From Hydrolagus colliei (lineage: Eukaryota): a DNA stretch of 64,000 nt. The DNA lies in contig CM068757.1 of NCBI GenBank assembly GCA_035084275.1, positions 7,998,001 to 8,062,000 on the forward strand, read 5' to 3'. The notes under the pieces were generated by a model that was not told the origin of the DNA, did not search any database, and saw only the letters and a program-made list of their open reading frames with translations. Positions 62,716 through 64,000 of the stretch are shown here, in pieces. Every line of letters starts with the position of its first letter. The stretch's first letter is position 1. A program made the translations under genes and the position numbers.

Positions 62716-63509
62716 GAACAATCTTGGTTTTACACCCGGTCCCATAACAAGTGATATGATCTACACAGCAGTCTTCACCATAGTTCATAATATGCAGGAG
62801 TACTTTGGAGCAGGGGGGAGGTTGGAATGTTAGCTAGAGAAGCAAATCTGTAATGGAAACATAACTGATAAAACACCTGATGGCAGTTAATGGATGTTCA
62901 GTTTAAGGGAATGTGGTTAATGGGAATGTTTGCTCACTCCTGATATACTCTAGTGGTGATGGATGGGAGGATGATAGTTTATAGGAATTATTTTTGACTT
63001 TTTTTTTTAAACTTTAAAGGCCACATTTCCCAGGCTGGTCCATTACTGAACAGCAATAGTCAGCATTTAAATTGCATATAGCTAACAAGTACTGCAAGGC
63101 CTTTGTGATAATTGCCCATCAGGATTTTCATTGCTGAAGTATAGATAGCAGAATTGAAATTTTTTTATATAACCTCTGGTTCTGTGCTGCTGTACAATAG
63201 ACCCAATTGTGTGCTGTTCAGTCAACCAGTTTTTTAGCTTCTTATCACCCAAAGGTAACCTGCAGATGAAATAATGGCTTTAGTTCTGCTGCATTTACAG
63301 GACACACTATTACCAATTAGGATCAGTGCACATATGTTCTTTCTCTCTCTCTCTCTCTCTGCAGGGTTTATTTACCCTTCAAATCTACCCCCTCCTCTCC
63401 TGAAGGTGTTGACACAGATATCTTCTGCTTCACCCAAATGAATGTTCGACAAATGTGGGCCTCGACATTGAATGTTGGCAAGCTGTTCTGACCATGACGA
63501 GCATCATGT

Positions 63510-63830
63510 GGAGTCCCGTAGCTCAGAGGTTAGAGCACTCGCTTTGTAAACGAGAGACCGGGGTTCAATTCCAGACAGGCCAGGGCAAAATCATGGACGA
63601 GTTTCCTTATTTCACACGTCTGATAATAATCCTTCACAAAAATCCCCCAATAATTTGGTCACTGAATCCATGACTGTTTGTAGGACACTGCTGTGCACAA
63701 CTGGCTGCCATGTTTCGCCCACAAATATACAGTCAATTCACTTTACAGTATATTCTGTGAAGCGATTAGAGAGGTCTCGAAGATGTGATAAAGCGTTATA
63801 TCAAACGCGAGGATTATTATTGTTATTATT
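63510..63830 (+). mobile_element. tRNA-derived SINE, full length
   Basis: ggagtcccgtagctcagaggttagagcactcgc (A box), ggggttcaattcc (B box), standard body and ggattattattgttattatt tail. Confidence 0.93.
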
Positions 63831-64000
63831 TCAGATGAGCTAGGTCATGTACTCAGCCAGTGCACACCCCTGAGCAAAATTCCCAGCAGAGATCATCTCA
63901 TCATGACCAGAAGCAGGAGCTCTTGCTTTTACACTGAGAGCTACAGTTGAAGAAAATACCATCAATGCATTTAAGAGAAGAATTCCTGCACATGTGAGGG

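Noticed and set aside
63510-63582. tRNA gene (also heads near 9653, 11311, 22310, 53682, 56692, 59236)
   Set aside because: A and B boxes are present, but there is no proper acceptor stem or poly-T terminator, and each continues into SINE sequence.

Overview
Eukaryotic, AT-rich, CpG-depleted vertebrate DNA. I recognise no protein-coding gene: the only ORFs with recognisable motifs are decayed LINE fragments. The repeat content is a tRNA-headed SINE with an (ATT)n tail, a longer DeuSINE/SacSINE1-like SINE, L2 3' ends with (GTT)n tails, CR1 3' ends and small MITEs. This points to a cartilaginous fish, probably a chimaera such as Callorhinchus (inference from recalled repeat consensus, not a search). 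The window looks like intergenic DNA or the interior of a very large intron, with repeat-free blocks that may be conserved non-coding elements. The most notable items are: a candidate 9-nt microexon at 18323-18331; several perfect fold-back or templated duplications in otherwise decayed DNA; a foldback-like structure with inverted minisatellite arms at 48.8-49.4 kb; a 1.2-kb strand-biased cryptic repeat; and visible covariation in the shared SINE/L2 3' stem-loop. I found no convincing novel multi-gene system. Boundaries of decayed repeats are approximate.
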